64,000 bases of DNA from a virus: the IMG/VR virus record IMGVR_UViG_3300025030_000006; one strand, given 5' to 3'. Shown here piece by piece: positions 32,337-41,350 of the stretch; the stretch's first letter is position 1, and every line of letters starts with the position of its first letter. The notes under the pieces were generated by a model, which made no database searches, was not told the origin of the DNA, and saw only the letters and a program-made list of their open reading frames with translations. The translations under genes were made by a program, and so were the position numbers.

Positions 32337-32828
32337 ATGAGTTTAAGTGATTCATTTGATATAAAAGAAAAATATGATGAATATAAAATAGAAGTAGACA
32401 TTGAAACAGCACAAAGGGAATTTTTACCTATAGATATTCAATTTAACACTGTAAAAACCAAATACAAAATATTTAGTATTGTAGAACCACTTAAATTCAA
32501 TGTGGTGACTAGAAAATTATTAGGCAATTCTGGAGAAATAATTGGACAATCACCAACAACAATTGAAATTGATATAGTTACAAGTGGAACATTCTTTGAT
32601 TCAAATGATATTAAAAATGAAGTTTGTTTAAGTTTTAAAAACAAACAATATGGTTTAATTTATGGATATATAAAGGATACAAAGATAAGTCAGAAAGTAG
32701 GTAGCAATTACGTTTGTCTTGAATTTAAATTTGTTGGTGTGCTTGGTACATATTTTATGGATACAAAGAACGAAGAAGAAATTAAGAAAACAATAAGAAA
32801 AATAAATAGGCGATTTCATTTTGATTGA
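32337..32828 (+). CDS. hypothetical protein ending in KINRRFHFD
   Basis: Track ORF. AAAGGAGGAAATAATG RBS. Confidence 0.6.
   Translation: MSLSDSFDIKEKYDEYKIEVDIETAQREFLPIDIQFNTVKTKYKIFSIVEPLKFNVVTRKLLGNSGEIIGQSPTTIEIDIVTSGTFFDSNDIKNEVCLSFKNKQYGLIYGYIKDTKISQKVGSNYVCLEFKFVGVLGTYFMDTKNEEEIKKTIRKINRRFHFD
32796..32822. repeat. 27-nt exact repeat at the gene 3' end (copy 2)
   Basis: Identical to 32292..32318. Confidence 0.85.
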
Positions 32829-32882
32829 CGAGAAAAAATCCATTGGCTACAATGGAACTTCTTGATTGAAAGGGCACAATTT

Positions 32883-33053
32883 ATGAAGAATAAAAAATTT
32901 ATAGCCCACGTTGAATTTGATTCTCTTGTGATCTATGTTTCTGCAAAAAACATGGCTGAAGCCAAGAAAAAGATTATTGGAAAGGTAAGTAAAAGAAGTA
33001 TTAAAAAACTTATAGATAAACACAATTTTTTCATTGATGAATGTTCATTTTAA
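32883..33053 (+). CDS. hypothetical small protein
   Basis: Track ORF 32862..33053, trimmed to its first ATG. Weak RBS. Confidence 0.4.
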   Translation: MKNKKFIAHVEFDSLVIYVSAKNMAEAKKKIIGKVSKRSIKKLIDKHNFFIDECSF

Positions 33054-33106
33054 AATTTTAGAACTATTAAAAACTACTAAACAACAAATAAAGAGAGGAG
33101 GAAGTA

Positions 33107-34054
33107 ATGAATGAGAAAACGGGTAAAATTAAAAGGCTAAAATTGAGAGGAAAAGAAAGACCAAAAATCGCAACGGGTAAATCGAATGAGATTAATATCT
33201 TTAACCTTGGAACCCTTCTTCAGTTTGAATCCCATTGTTGGCAAGCGGTAAAAAGAATTCCCAAAGATAAAGCTAAAAAATATGGTAAGGATTTTGAAAA
33301 GGGTTGGATGAAAGCCAATAAAAACCTGATTAATAGGAAAAAATTGGAAGACATTCAATCTTATATTTCTGAATCCAGAAAAATGATTAATTCCTATGCC
33401 CTTCCTTTTCCAATCAAAGGTATTTACTTTATTCCCAATAATGCTGTTGAAAAAATCAATAGTGGTCTGAGAACCATTGCTGATGAAATGGGAGTCAGAG
33501 TAGAAGAATTTTCCCAACAATACTCTGAATACATTTTGGAAGCTAAGGAAGAATTGGGGGAGGAATCTTTCAATGAAGCAGATTATCCAATTAATATTAA
33601 ATCTAGGTTTGGTATTTATTGGAGATTCTTTGAAATGACTGTTCCCTCTTCCATCACCAATGAAATCAAAGAAGAAGAAACAAAACGGTTTAATGATTTG
33701 ATGCAACAGGCTAAGACGGAAGCTGTTATTGCATTGCGGGAAGGGTTTGCAGAAATCGTAAATCATTTGACTGATACTCTTTCGGGAAAGATTGATGGAG
33801 AAGAAAGGAGAATTAGGGCAACATCCCTTGAAAAAGTATCTGAATTTTTCAATGAGTTCCAATCTAAAAACGTATTTAAAGATAGTGAATTAGAATTGTT
33901 GATTAAGAAAGCGAAAGAGGTAGTCAGGGGTGTTTCTCCCAAAGATTTGAGAGATGATAATTCTTTGGTTAAATTGATTCATAATCAATTGGGGGAAATC
34001 AAAGAACAGTTGGATAATTCCACGGAAACCATTCGTAGACGTTTCACTTTTTAA
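33107..34054 (+). CDS. DUF3150-like protein ending in IRRRFTF
   Basis: Track ORF. AGAGGAGGAAGTAATG RBS. Overall pattern (..YALPFPIKGIYFIP.., ..YPINIKSRF..) recalled as DUF3150-like. Confidence 0.5.
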   Translation: MNEKTGKIKRLKLRGKERPKIATGKSNEINIFNLGTLLQFESHCWQAVKRIPKDKAKKYGKDFEKGWMKANKNLINRKKLEDIQSYISESRKMINSYALPFPIKGIYFIPNNAVEKINSGLRTIADEMGVRVEEFSQQYSEYILEAKEELGEESFNEADYPINIKSRFGIYWRFFEMTVPSSITNEIKEEETKRFNDLMQQAKTEAVIALREGFAEIVNHLTDTLSGKIDGEERRIRATSLEKVSEFFNEFQSKNVFKDSELELLIKKAKEVVRGVSPKDLRDDNSLVKLIHNQLGEIKEQLDNSTETIRRRFTF

Positions 34055-34071
34055 ATGGGAGGATAAAGAAA

Positions 34072-34272
34072 ATGACAAAGAATCAAAAACATGCTTTGAA
34101 AATTGCCCTTGACTGTAACTTTGGTTTTAGTCAAGAGAGAACATTAAAACACTTTGATTCCTTTTGTTCTATAGCAGATGAAAGGGGAATTAACTTAGAA
34201 CATACTGATGATTGGGAAAATAATTGGATTGATTTTATGCTCGGTGCCTATTTTGAAGCCAAGGAAGGATAA
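34072..34272 (+). CDS. hypothetical small protein
   Basis: Track ORF. GGGAGGATAAAGAAAATG RBS. Confidence 0.55.
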   Translation: MTKNQKHALKIALDCNFGFSQERTLKHFDSFCSIADERGINLEHTDDWENNWIDFMLGAYFEAKEG

Positions 34273-34273
34273 T

Positions 34274-34504
34274 ATGGATTACATTGAAATATTTAAAAAC
34301 TATACTCTCTGTGTTTATTTGTTTTTTACAATTTGTTTTTGGGTATATCTTATTCATTTCTGTATTCAGAAATTTAAACAACAAAAACAAAGTATTTTTG
34401 TAACAATTGTTTTCTTTGTTTTGTCAGTTATTACAACTCCTTTCATTTGGCCTTATATTTCTGCTCGTTTCCTTATTAAGTACATGACAAAGGAAACAAA
34501 ATGA
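34274..34504 (+). CDS. small membrane protein
   Basis: Track ORF 34208..34504, trimmed to the ATG after the AAGGAAGGATAAT RBS. Two hydrophobic helices. Confidence 0.5.
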   Translation: MDYIEIFKNYTLCVYLFFTICFWVYLIHFCIQKFKQQKQSIFVTIVFFVLSVITTPFIWPYISARFLIKYMTKETK

Positions 34505-35016
34505 AAAAACTATCCTTGAAATCAAAAGAAAATTCAGAGGAAGAAAGGAGTAATAAATCAGAAAGTGATTTAGAATTCATTATTAATAATCTGCAAATAG
34601 ATAAATTCAAACTGGATGATGCTGCTGTTAAACAAATTGAATTATTTAACAAAATATCCAAAATTCTGCCAAAAGCAAGAGAGGCAGCATTAAGGGCAAA
34701 AAATAGGTTAGAAATCATTGAATCAGAATTATCAAAAGAAATGAGAAAAAATCCAAAATTGTACGGTTTGGATAAAACAAGTGATACCGTAATCACAAAG
34801 GAGGTAAAGAATCAAGATACATATAAACGGGCATTTTCAGCTTATTGTTTTGCAAAAGCAAAAGAAGATGAGTTTTCTATTACATTAAACAATATTCAAG
34901 AAAGGGGAAGAATGATAAAACTGCTTTATGATATGTGGGTTAATAGTTACTATGTTGATAATCACCAATTTGTAACAAAGAAAAAGCACCCATTAAAAAC
35001 AACAGAGGATTACTAA
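34501..35016 (+). CDS. possible UvsY-like recombination mediator
   Basis: Size, helical pattern and position next to the gp32-like and RecA-like genes. Only weak similarity to T4 UvsY as I recall it. Confidence 0.35.
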   Translation: MKKLSLKSKENSEEERSNKSESDLEFIINNLQIDKFKLDDAAVKQIELFNKISKILPKAREAALRAKNRLEIIESELSKEMRKNPKLYGLDKTSDTVITKEVKNQDTYKRAFSAYCFAKAKEDEFSITLNNIQERGRMIKLLYDMWVNSYYVDNHQFVTKKKHPLKTTEDY

Positions 35017-35032
35017 CAGGAGGAACAAACAA

Positions 35033-36169
35033 ATGGCTTTGAAAAAGAAATTGGGAAAAGGTAAATCGTCTGATTCTGATATCCGCGGAAAATTCAAAAA
35101 GAGGGATAAAACTATTCTTGAAAAAACGTACAATGAAAGGGAGGATAGAAGTAAAGCAGGTGGTGGTGGAAAATCTTATTTCAATCAGGAAAAATTGGAA
35201 GAATTCAATATCAAAGAATATCAACCTCACAAGGGGGATAATTACTTTGAAATTCTCCCGGTTTCTTATGAATCGGATATTCCCTATCATTTTGGTTGTT
35301 CCGTCCATTTTGGTACAGGCATTGCCAATGATATTTTTCTTTGTTTGCTTCGGTATAATGGAAAACCCTGCTATCGTTGTGAACAACAGCAATTGAAATA
35401 CAGGGAACACCCTAAAGGTGCTAAACCTACGGATGAAATCAAAAAACTTTATCCCACAGACAGGGAAATTTATCTGCTTTGGGATAGAACAGAAGAATTG
35501 GCAGAAAATAAAGACCCCGAATATCAATTGTATCTTTGGGGTGCTCCGAAAACAAAAGTACATGCTGAAATCCAGATTCTTGTCAGGGATAAGAAAAAGA
35601 AAACCACTCTTGATATTTCTGACGTTGATGAAGATGGAGAAGGCAGAACGGTTAATTTTGAAAAGATTCAGAAAAATAAAGATGATTTTCCCGAATATAA
35701 AGGATTTTCACTTTTGGGAAGGGATGAACCTATCCCTGATGAAGTTCTTTCCCAATTGAAAGAAATCATTGAAGCAGCAGAAGAATGCAATTATAAACAT
35801 CCTCTGGAAATGTTTTTGCATATTCCTGAATATAAAGAAGTCAAGGAATCCATGCTGACTGAAGGGGGTGGTGAAAGTGATGAAGAGGAAGAAGAAGACA
35901 AACCAAAGGATAAAAAGAAAAAGTTTGGAAAGGATAAAGATAAAAAGAAAGATGAAGAGGAAGAAATTGATGAGGATGCCCTTCTTGAAAAACTTGAGGG
36001 GCTTAAAGAAAAACTTGGGGATATGAATAGATTTAAGTTTAAAAAATGGTGCGAAGAAAATGATTATGAAGATGCGGCTGAAATGGATAAAGAAGAAGCC
36101 ATTGAAGCCATTGTTGATGACTTATACTCAAAAATGCTGGACAAAACAATTGGGGCAATTCCATTTTAG
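35033..36169 (+). CDS. gp32-like single-stranded DNA-binding protein
   Basis: Basic N-terminus. YFEILP resembles T4 gp32 VIRFLP. Zn-site-like H..C...CYRC. Long acidic C-terminal tail (DEEEEEDK...). Confidence 0.55.
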   Translation: MALKKKLGKGKSSDSDIRGKFKKRDKTILEKTYNEREDRSKAGGGGKSYFNQEKLEEFNIKEYQPHKGDNYFEILPVSYESDIPYHFGCSVHFGTGIANDIFLCLLRYNGKPCYRCEQQQLKYREHPKGAKPTDEIKKLYPTDREIYLLWDRTEELAENKDPEYQLYLWGAPKTKVHAEIQILVRDKKKKTTLDISDVDEDGEGRTVNFEKIQKNKDDFPEYKGFSLLGRDEPIPDEVLSQLKEIIEAAEECNYKHPLEMFLHIPEYKEVKESMLTEGGGESDEEEEEDKPKDKKKKFGKDKDKKKDEEEEIDEDALLEKLEGLKEKLGDMNRFKFKKWCEENDYEDAAEMDKEEAIEAIVDDLYSKMLDKTIGAIPF

Positions 36170-36180
36170 TATTTAAATGA

Positions 36181-36364
36181 ATTCATAGTGGGTAAGAAAA
36201 GTAAAACGGAGAATGGAAAAAGGTTTGTCAGTTGCCGTCATTGAGGGCTGAGAAATGAATATACCTTGGCTAGCCAGCAAAAGAGGACACTGTTTATTTC
36301 TTGGAGCGACCTGATTCGGTTTCGATGAAGCAAATCTTTAATACCTCACCGGCCCACTATGAAT
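36181..36364 (+). ncRNA. 184-nt rod-like structured element (candidate RNA) in the SSB 3' intergenic region
   Basis: Nested helices: 36181-92/36353-64 (12 bp perfect); 36219-27/36331-39 (9 bp); 36238-44/36322-28 (7 bp); 36248-61/36291-304 (14 bp, 4 G.U). Apical CUAG tetraloop hairpin. A T5 run follows. Confidence 0.5.
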
Positions 36365-36387
36365 TTTTAAAAAGAAAGGAATAAATA

Positions 36388-36906
36388 ATGAAAGAAACAA
36401 AAAATTTAGTAGCAATTGAATCATTATTAATGGGGTTATATTTACACATAGAAATTCTTATTCTAGGACATAAATTAAATAAAGATGCAAAACAATTACT
36501 TGATAATTTTTGTGATTCATTTAATAAAAATGAAGAAAATGGTTTGGGTGCTTTTTGGCATAGTCGAAACCAAATGTATAAACTGATTTATTTTGATTCC
36601 CCAAACTTAATAAAAGAAATAGAAAAAAATCCAACATTCTCTGCATCAGATTTGGATAAAGAATTAATAAATTTTATACAATCTTATAGGGAATTTAAAG
36701 AAACAGATGACTCCATTTTTGATGGTGATGTTAAAAATTATCCCCATGGTGTAATTGAACGTGAGATTAAAAAATTACTGCCAGATGCAGCAAATAAATT
36801 AAGAACAATTTTAAATGAAATAGAACACGCAAGGAAGAAATTAAGGGAAATTGAAGATGATATTTATTGGAAGAAAGTATCATTGGGTTTAATTGAAAAG
36901 GAGTAA
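36388..36906 (+). CDS. hypothetical protein
   Basis: Track ORF. AAAGGAATAAATAATG RBS. Confidence 0.6.
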   Translation: MKETKNLVAIESLLMGLYLHIEILILGHKLNKDAKQLLDNFCDSFNKNEENGLGAFWHSRNQMYKLIYFDSPNLIKEIEKNPTFSASDLDKELINFIQSYREFKETDDSIFDGDVKNYPHGVIEREIKKLLPDAANKLRTILNEIEHARKKLREIEDDIYWKKVSLGLIEKE

Positions 36907-36909
36907 ATA

Positions 36910-37413
36910 ATGAAATACCTTATTATATTTATTCTGTGCTTTTGTTTTATTCTTTATTGTGGACATAAAATTGCAGAGTATAAAGTAAATGAGGTAACAA
37001 AATTATTTGAAGAAAAAATCAATTATATAAAAGAACAAAAAGATAAAAAATCAGAATTGTTAAAAAAAGTATTTGGTGAAAGAATAGGAAATAAACCCAT
37101 ATTATCATTGCAGGTTACGGCAACAGGTTATACAGCAAGAAAGGAAGAATGTGATGATAACCCCGAAACAACAGCAAACGGCACTCCTTCAAGAGTAGGC
37201 GTAATTGCTATTTCAAGAGATTTGGAAAAGGAAATAGGTTTATCCCTTGGTCAATTTGTTTTAATTGAGGGATATGGATTATTTAAAATAGAAGATAGAA
37301 TGAATTCAAGATGGAAAAGACGAATTGATATATTACATGGAAATTTAAAAGCAGCACAATTATTTGGAACCAGAAAAGTTGAAATCATTTGGATAGGAAA
37401 AGGAGAAGCATAA
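36910..37413 (+). CDS. 3D-domain (MltA/YocH-like) cell-wall-active protein with an N-terminal anchor
   Basis: ATGYTARKEECDDNPETTANGT...VIAISRDL...IEDRMNSRW..RIDIL matches the 3D-domain pattern. Hydrophobic N-terminus. Confidence 0.65.
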   Translation: MKYLIIFILCFCFILYCGHKIAEYKVNEVTKLFEEKINYIKEQKDKKSELLKKVFGERIGNKPILSLQVTATGYTARKEECDDNPETTANGTPSRVGVIAISRDLEKEIGLSLGQFVLIEGYGLFKIEDRMNSRWKRRIDILHGNLKAAQLFGTRKVEIIWIGKGEA

Positions 37414-38547
37414 ATGAGCCGTCTTAAATTGAGTAATAAACATATTGAAGAAGAAAAACCAAAAAAGAAAATATCTCTGAAAAAAGCATTGACAGAAGAA
37501 CCAGAAGAAAAAAAGGAAAATGAAAGAATTGATTTTCTTAATACTGGTTCCATTGTTTTAAATCTTGCTGCTTCTCAAAAAGGAAGAAGGGGAGGATGGG
37601 CAAGGGGTAGGGTTATTAATATAGTCGGAAATGAGTCAAGTGGCAAGTCGCTTTGTAATTTAGAAATGTTAGCAAATGCTTTTCATACATTTAAAAAAGA
37701 AAATAACCTTCCTTCTTATGTTTTCCCAAAGGTTAAGAATCTGATTATGGTTTATAATAATGTAGAAGGGATTATGGATTTTCCCTTGGAGTCCCTTTAT
37801 GGTGAAGATTTTGTAAAAGCAATTGAATGGGTTTCTTCTAAAACCTGTGAAGAATTTGGTAGAGATGTTCAAAGAAGAGTTGATGCTTTAAAACAGGGTG
37901 ATTGTCTTTTATACGTTGTTGATTCTTTGGATGCAATGGTTTCTTCAGCACAAAAGGAAAGAACAGAAAAAGCATTGAAGACAGACAAGGATGAAGATGC
38001 CGCTTATGGTGCTGAAAAAGCCAAATATTTTTCTGGTGCATTTTTCAATAACCTTTGTGAAAAACAACAGGGGAAAGATGCTACCATTTTTATGATTTCT
38101 CAATTGAGAGAAAATATTGGTGGTGGAATGTTTGCAGAAAAATATAAAAGAACAGGTGGAAAAGCATTGGATTTTTATTCTCACCAAGTTTGTTGGTTGC
38201 GGGTAAAAGATAAATTGAAAAAAACATTTAGAGGGCATGATAAAATCTTTGGTGTTCGTGACCATGCACTTTTCAAAAAGAATAAATGTGCAAAACCCTT
38301 CAGGGAAGCAGAATTTACTATTCTATTTGATTACGGTTTGGATAATATCGGTTCCATGACAGATTATTTGTTTGGGCCACAAGTTAAAGTTATTGAATGG
38401 AATGATGAGAAGTATAAACGGGATGAATTTATTGATTTGATTGAAAACAATAAAAAAGAATATGAAAAATTGGTGGATAAGATAGAAAAAGATTGGGCTG
38501 AAATTGAGGACGCAATTAAACCAGATAGAAAAAACAGGTGGGAATAA
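37414..38547 (+). CDS. RecA/UvsX-family recombinase
   Basis: GGWARGRVINIVGNESSGKS resembles RecA [20 protein letters not shown]. Walker B-like LLYVVDSLDA. Confidence 0.75.
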   Translation: MSRLKLSNKHIEEEKPKKKISLKKALTEEPEEKKENERIDFLNTGSIVLNLAASQKGRRGGWARGRVINIVGNESSGKSLCNLEMLANAFHTFKKENNLPSYVFPKVKNLIMVYNNVEGIMDFPLESLYGEDFVKAIEWVSSKTCEEFGRDVQRRVDALKQGDCLLYVVDSLDAMVSSAQKERTEKALKTDKDEDAAYGAEKAKYFSGAFFNNLCEKQQGKDATIFMISQLRENIGGGMFAEKYKRTGGKALDFYSHQVCWLRVKDKLKKTFRGHDKIFGVRDHALFKKNKCAKPFREAEFTILFDYGLDNIGSMTDYLFGPQVKVIEWNDEKYKRDEFIDLIENNKKEYEKLVDKIEKDWAEIEDAIKPDRKNRWE

Positions 38548-38783
38548 TGTCTAAGAAAAATTATCTTTCCAAATCCCAAATTGCAATTATTGGCAAACTT
38601 AAAATGGGCTGGTATCTTCAATGTGATTTGGTTACTCTTATGTGGCAAATCAAGAATGAAGAATTAAGTGAAGCGGAAAGAATAAATAAAAATTCAATAA
38701 ATAAGTTGTTTCTGAATAATATGCTTAAAAAACTTCCTTCGGATGATAGAAGCCTATATAACCTTTATATTTTAAAAGAATGA
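38547..38783 (+). CDS. hypothetical small protein
   Basis: Track ORF 38538..38783, trimmed to the ATG in the TAATG overlap. Confidence 0.45.
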   Translation: MSKKNYLSKSQIAIIGKLKMGWYLQCDLVTLMWQIKNEELSEAERINKNSINKLFLNNMLKKLPSDDRSLYNLYILKE

Positions 38784-38796
38784 AAGAGGGGGTGAT

Positions 38797-39102
38797 ATGG
38801 AGACAATAAAACAAACAATCATAATCATTCTTATTTATGCCTTTTTTGCTTTTCTTCTAATTCACGTTCCTTCTTCTCATGCTAAGGATGCTGTGATTCA
38901 TACTTATGATGATTCTTATTTCTTTTTGGATTACAGTAAACAAGAAATTATTGTCTTACCTAATGATGAAATAATTAATACTGAAGACTTGGATAATTTA
39001 AAAGAAAATGATGAACCATTAAGAACAAACGAGGGAATTGAAATTTACAGAGGATATGATAATCAATATTTCATGGAAGAGGAAAACCATGATGAAGATT
39101 AA
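38797..39102 (+). CDS. secreted or membrane-anchored small protein
   Basis: Track ORF. N-terminal hydrophobic segment IIIILIYAFFAFLLIHV. Confidence 0.5.
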   Translation: METIKQTIIIILIYAFFAFLLIHVPSSHAKDAVIHTYDDSYFFLDYSKQEIIVLPNDEIINTEDLDNLKENDEPLRTNEGIEIYRGYDNQYFMEEENHDED

Positions 39103-39421
39103 ATTGAAGGAATCAAAATATGGAAATTATCAATTTTGTAAAAGAGATGATTTAATAAATTTATGGATTAACCAATATTATAAAGATAAAGTCGTAGTTG
39201 TTCTTTATGACTCTTACAAAGCATTTGAATCCATTCCTTTTCTGAATATTCTGAAAAGGGATAGGTTGCCTGTCTACCTTGAAGGTATCCAATCAGAGTA
39301 TACTTTTGTTGAATTTGAAACACCAGAAAAAGCCTGTGATTTTGTATTTGGATTTGAATATAAAACTGAATTAAAATGGGTTATTTATAATAATGGAAAA
39401 CTTCACATGAGGTCAAAATGA
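39089..39421 (+). CDS. hypothetical protein (starts MMKIKLKE)
   Basis: Track ORF 39038..39421, trimmed to the ATG after the GGAAGAGGAAAACC RBS. Confidence 0.5.
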   Translation: MMKIKLKESKYGNYQFCKRDDLINLWINQYYKDKVVVVLYDSYKAFESIPFLNILKRDRLPVYLEGIQSEYTFVEFETPEKACDFVFGFEYKTELKWVIYNNGKLHMRSK

Positions 39422-39957
39422 ATGTCCATACTTTGGTATCTCCACAAAATGTTTCTTTTCTTATTGAGCAAGCTAGAAAAACCCCTACAGGTATTTTTGT
39501 GGAGGTTGGGGTTTATAAGGGTGGCACAGCATATTACTTGAATCAATTGGCTAAAGAAAGAGGAAATGAATTATGGTTGTTTGATACATTTGAAGGAATG
39601 CCAGAAAGTACACCGGGAATTGATTCTCACTTGGTTGGTGATTTTGCTGATTGTTCTTATGAAGTGGTTAAAAAATTAATTCCTGAAGCAAGAATATTTG
39701 CGGGTGTATTCCCCAAAACATTCTTTGATTTCACTTTTAAATATGGAATGAATCCAATTGCCTTTGCACATATTGATTGTGACCAGTATGAAAGTATTAA
39801 GAATTGCATAAGATATCTTATACCATTTCTGGTTACTGATGGAATTATGTACTTTGATGATTATGGTTGTTTGGAAGGGACAACAAAAGCAATTGATAAA
39901 TTTTGTCCTGATAGAATCATATTGGAAAATGGAAAAGCCATGTATGTAAAAATTTAA
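39418..39957 (+). CDS. class I SAM-dependent methyltransferase, TylF/MycF-like
   Basis: Contains FVEVGVYKGGTAYYL, LFDTFEGMPE, HIDCDQYES and GIMYFDDY. Confidence 0.7.
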   Translation: MNVHTLVSPQNVSFLIEQARKTPTGIFVEVGVYKGGTAYYLNQLAKERGNELWLFDTFEGMPESTPGIDSHLVGDFADCSYEVVKKLIPEARIFAGVFPKTFFDFTFKYGMNPIAFAHIDCDQYESIKNCIRYLIPFLVTDGIMYFDDYGCLEGTTKAIDKFCPDRIILENGKAMYVKI

Positions 39958-39970
39958 TGGAGTAATTAAA

Positions 39971-40660
39971 ATGGCAAAAGGCGGTTTATTTGAAGGTGAA
40001 GTCAGTAAGAAATTATCATTGTGGTGGACGGAAGATAAAGAAGAATCTGTTTTTTGGCGTACATCTTCTTCAGGAGCAAGGGCAACATCAAGAAGGAAAA
40101 CAAATAAAGATGTTCAAAAGGATGATTTTGGAGATTTAAAAGCAGAAGCAGATATAGGAAAGCCATTTACCAATTTCTTTTCACTTGAATTAAAAACAGG
40201 TTATGCTAAAAAATCCAAATCAAAAGCAAAAAAGCATGAAGGAAAAGAAGTTTTAAAAATTGTCAATTGGGATATTCTTGACCTTATTGATTCTTCACAG
40301 AGTAAATGCCAATTTGCTTCCTTTTGGGAGCAAGCGGAAAAAGACTCTCAAGAAGCAAAAAAGGAACCATTACTTATTTTTAGAAGGAATAACAAGCAAT
40401 CAAGTATTGCAATGTATTCTGATATATTCAATGCCATTATTAGAAAATGTAATCATCCAGAATTTGAATATATTACAATAAATTTCTGTTCTGAACATTT
40501 GTGTTTTCCTCCAATTACTATTTGTAATCTTTACAAGTTCTTTGAGTGGACTAAAGGAAAAATAAAACCGTCATTAGGTGATGGTGGAAATTATAAATGC
40601 AACTTTATTGATTTTAATTTAAAACGGGTTTTATTTAACAGGAACAGAGGAAAGGAATAA
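39971..40660 (+). CDS. possible PD-(D/E)xK nuclease / resolvase-like protein
   Basis: Contains G.FE..V near the N-terminus and D...ELK (GDLKAE..SLELKTG). Tentative. Confidence 0.35.
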   Translation: MAKGGLFEGEVSKKLSLWWTEDKEESVFWRTSSSGARATSRRKTNKDVQKDDFGDLKAEADIGKPFTNFFSLELKTGYAKKSKSKAKKHEGKEVLKIVNWDILDLIDSSQSKCQFASFWEQAEKDSQEAKKEPLLIFRRNNKQSSIAMYSDIFNAIIRKCNHPEFEYITINFCSEHLCFPPITICNLYKFFEWTKGKIKPSLGDGGNYKCNFIDFNLKRVLFNRNRGKE

Positions 40661-40663
40661 AAT

Positions 40664-40858
40664 ATGGATAATGATAGAGAAGAAATAATTTTAATAAAAT
40701 CACCAACAGAACAAAGAATTTTTACAGTTTCTAAAAAATGTAACATTTTGATTCTTCCAACACCAGTATTAACAGAAGAAGACAGTTTTGGTTGTTTTGG
40801 TAGTATTCAATATACTAGAACCAATTTAAAGATTGATGGAAGAACAGTATTTAAATAA
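40664..40858 (+). CDS. hypothetical small protein
   Basis: Track ORF. Confidence 0.5.
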   Translation: MDNDREEIILIKSPTEQRIFTVSKKCNILILPTPVLTEEDSFGCFGSIQYTRTNLKIDGRTVFK

Positions 40859-40873
40859 TGAAAGGAGTGATAT

Positions 40874-41350
40874 ATGAGTCTATTTAAGAATCCACATGCT
40901 AATCAAAGATATTTTGAAAGAGTACATCCTGATACTGCATCCAAGAAAGATATTGTCAAAGCATTACAACATCCAAGTAATGTTGAATATATCAAAAGAC
41001 TGACCGAAGGGAGGTCAATGGTTTATATTCATCTGCCAAATGATAATATTGTAAAAGCTATCATAAATAAAAGGAAAAAAGAAATTGTAACAATTTTGCC
41101 GTGGAAAGATATTTATAAAATTGAAATTCCCATTCATAATTTAATAAATTATTATATTGTTGATTTTTACCCTGATTGTTTTTTAGAAACAAATAATCCA
41201 TCAACTTTGAACAAAATAAAAAAATATCAATATGCAAATTTCATGTACGAATATATTGAATACAACAATTCTGACTTTGAACCAATTATTTTAAAAGCAT
41301 GGGAAAAATATGAAAAAAATAATCCTGAAAAAGAAACCAAAGAAAGTTGA
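40874..41350 (+). CDS. hypothetical protein
   Basis: Track ORF. AAAGGAGTGATATATG RBS. Confidence 0.55.
   Translation: MSLFKNPHANQRYFERVHPDTASKKDIVKALQHPSNVEYIKRLTEGRSMVYIHLPNDNIVKAIINKRKKEIVTILPWKDIYKIEIPIHNLINYYIVDFYPDCFLETNNPSTLNKIKKYQYANFMYEYIEYNNSDFEPIILKAWEKYEKNNPEKETKES

Noticed and set aside
36244-36330. TPP (THI-box) riboswitch, suggested by GGCUGAGAAAU and ACCUGAU strings
   Set aside because: The CUGAGA segment is fully base-paired in a 14-bp helix. The spacing between the two strings is about 60 nt instead of about 20. No convincing P2/P3 or P4/P5 helices can be drawn. The downstream gene has no link to thiamine.
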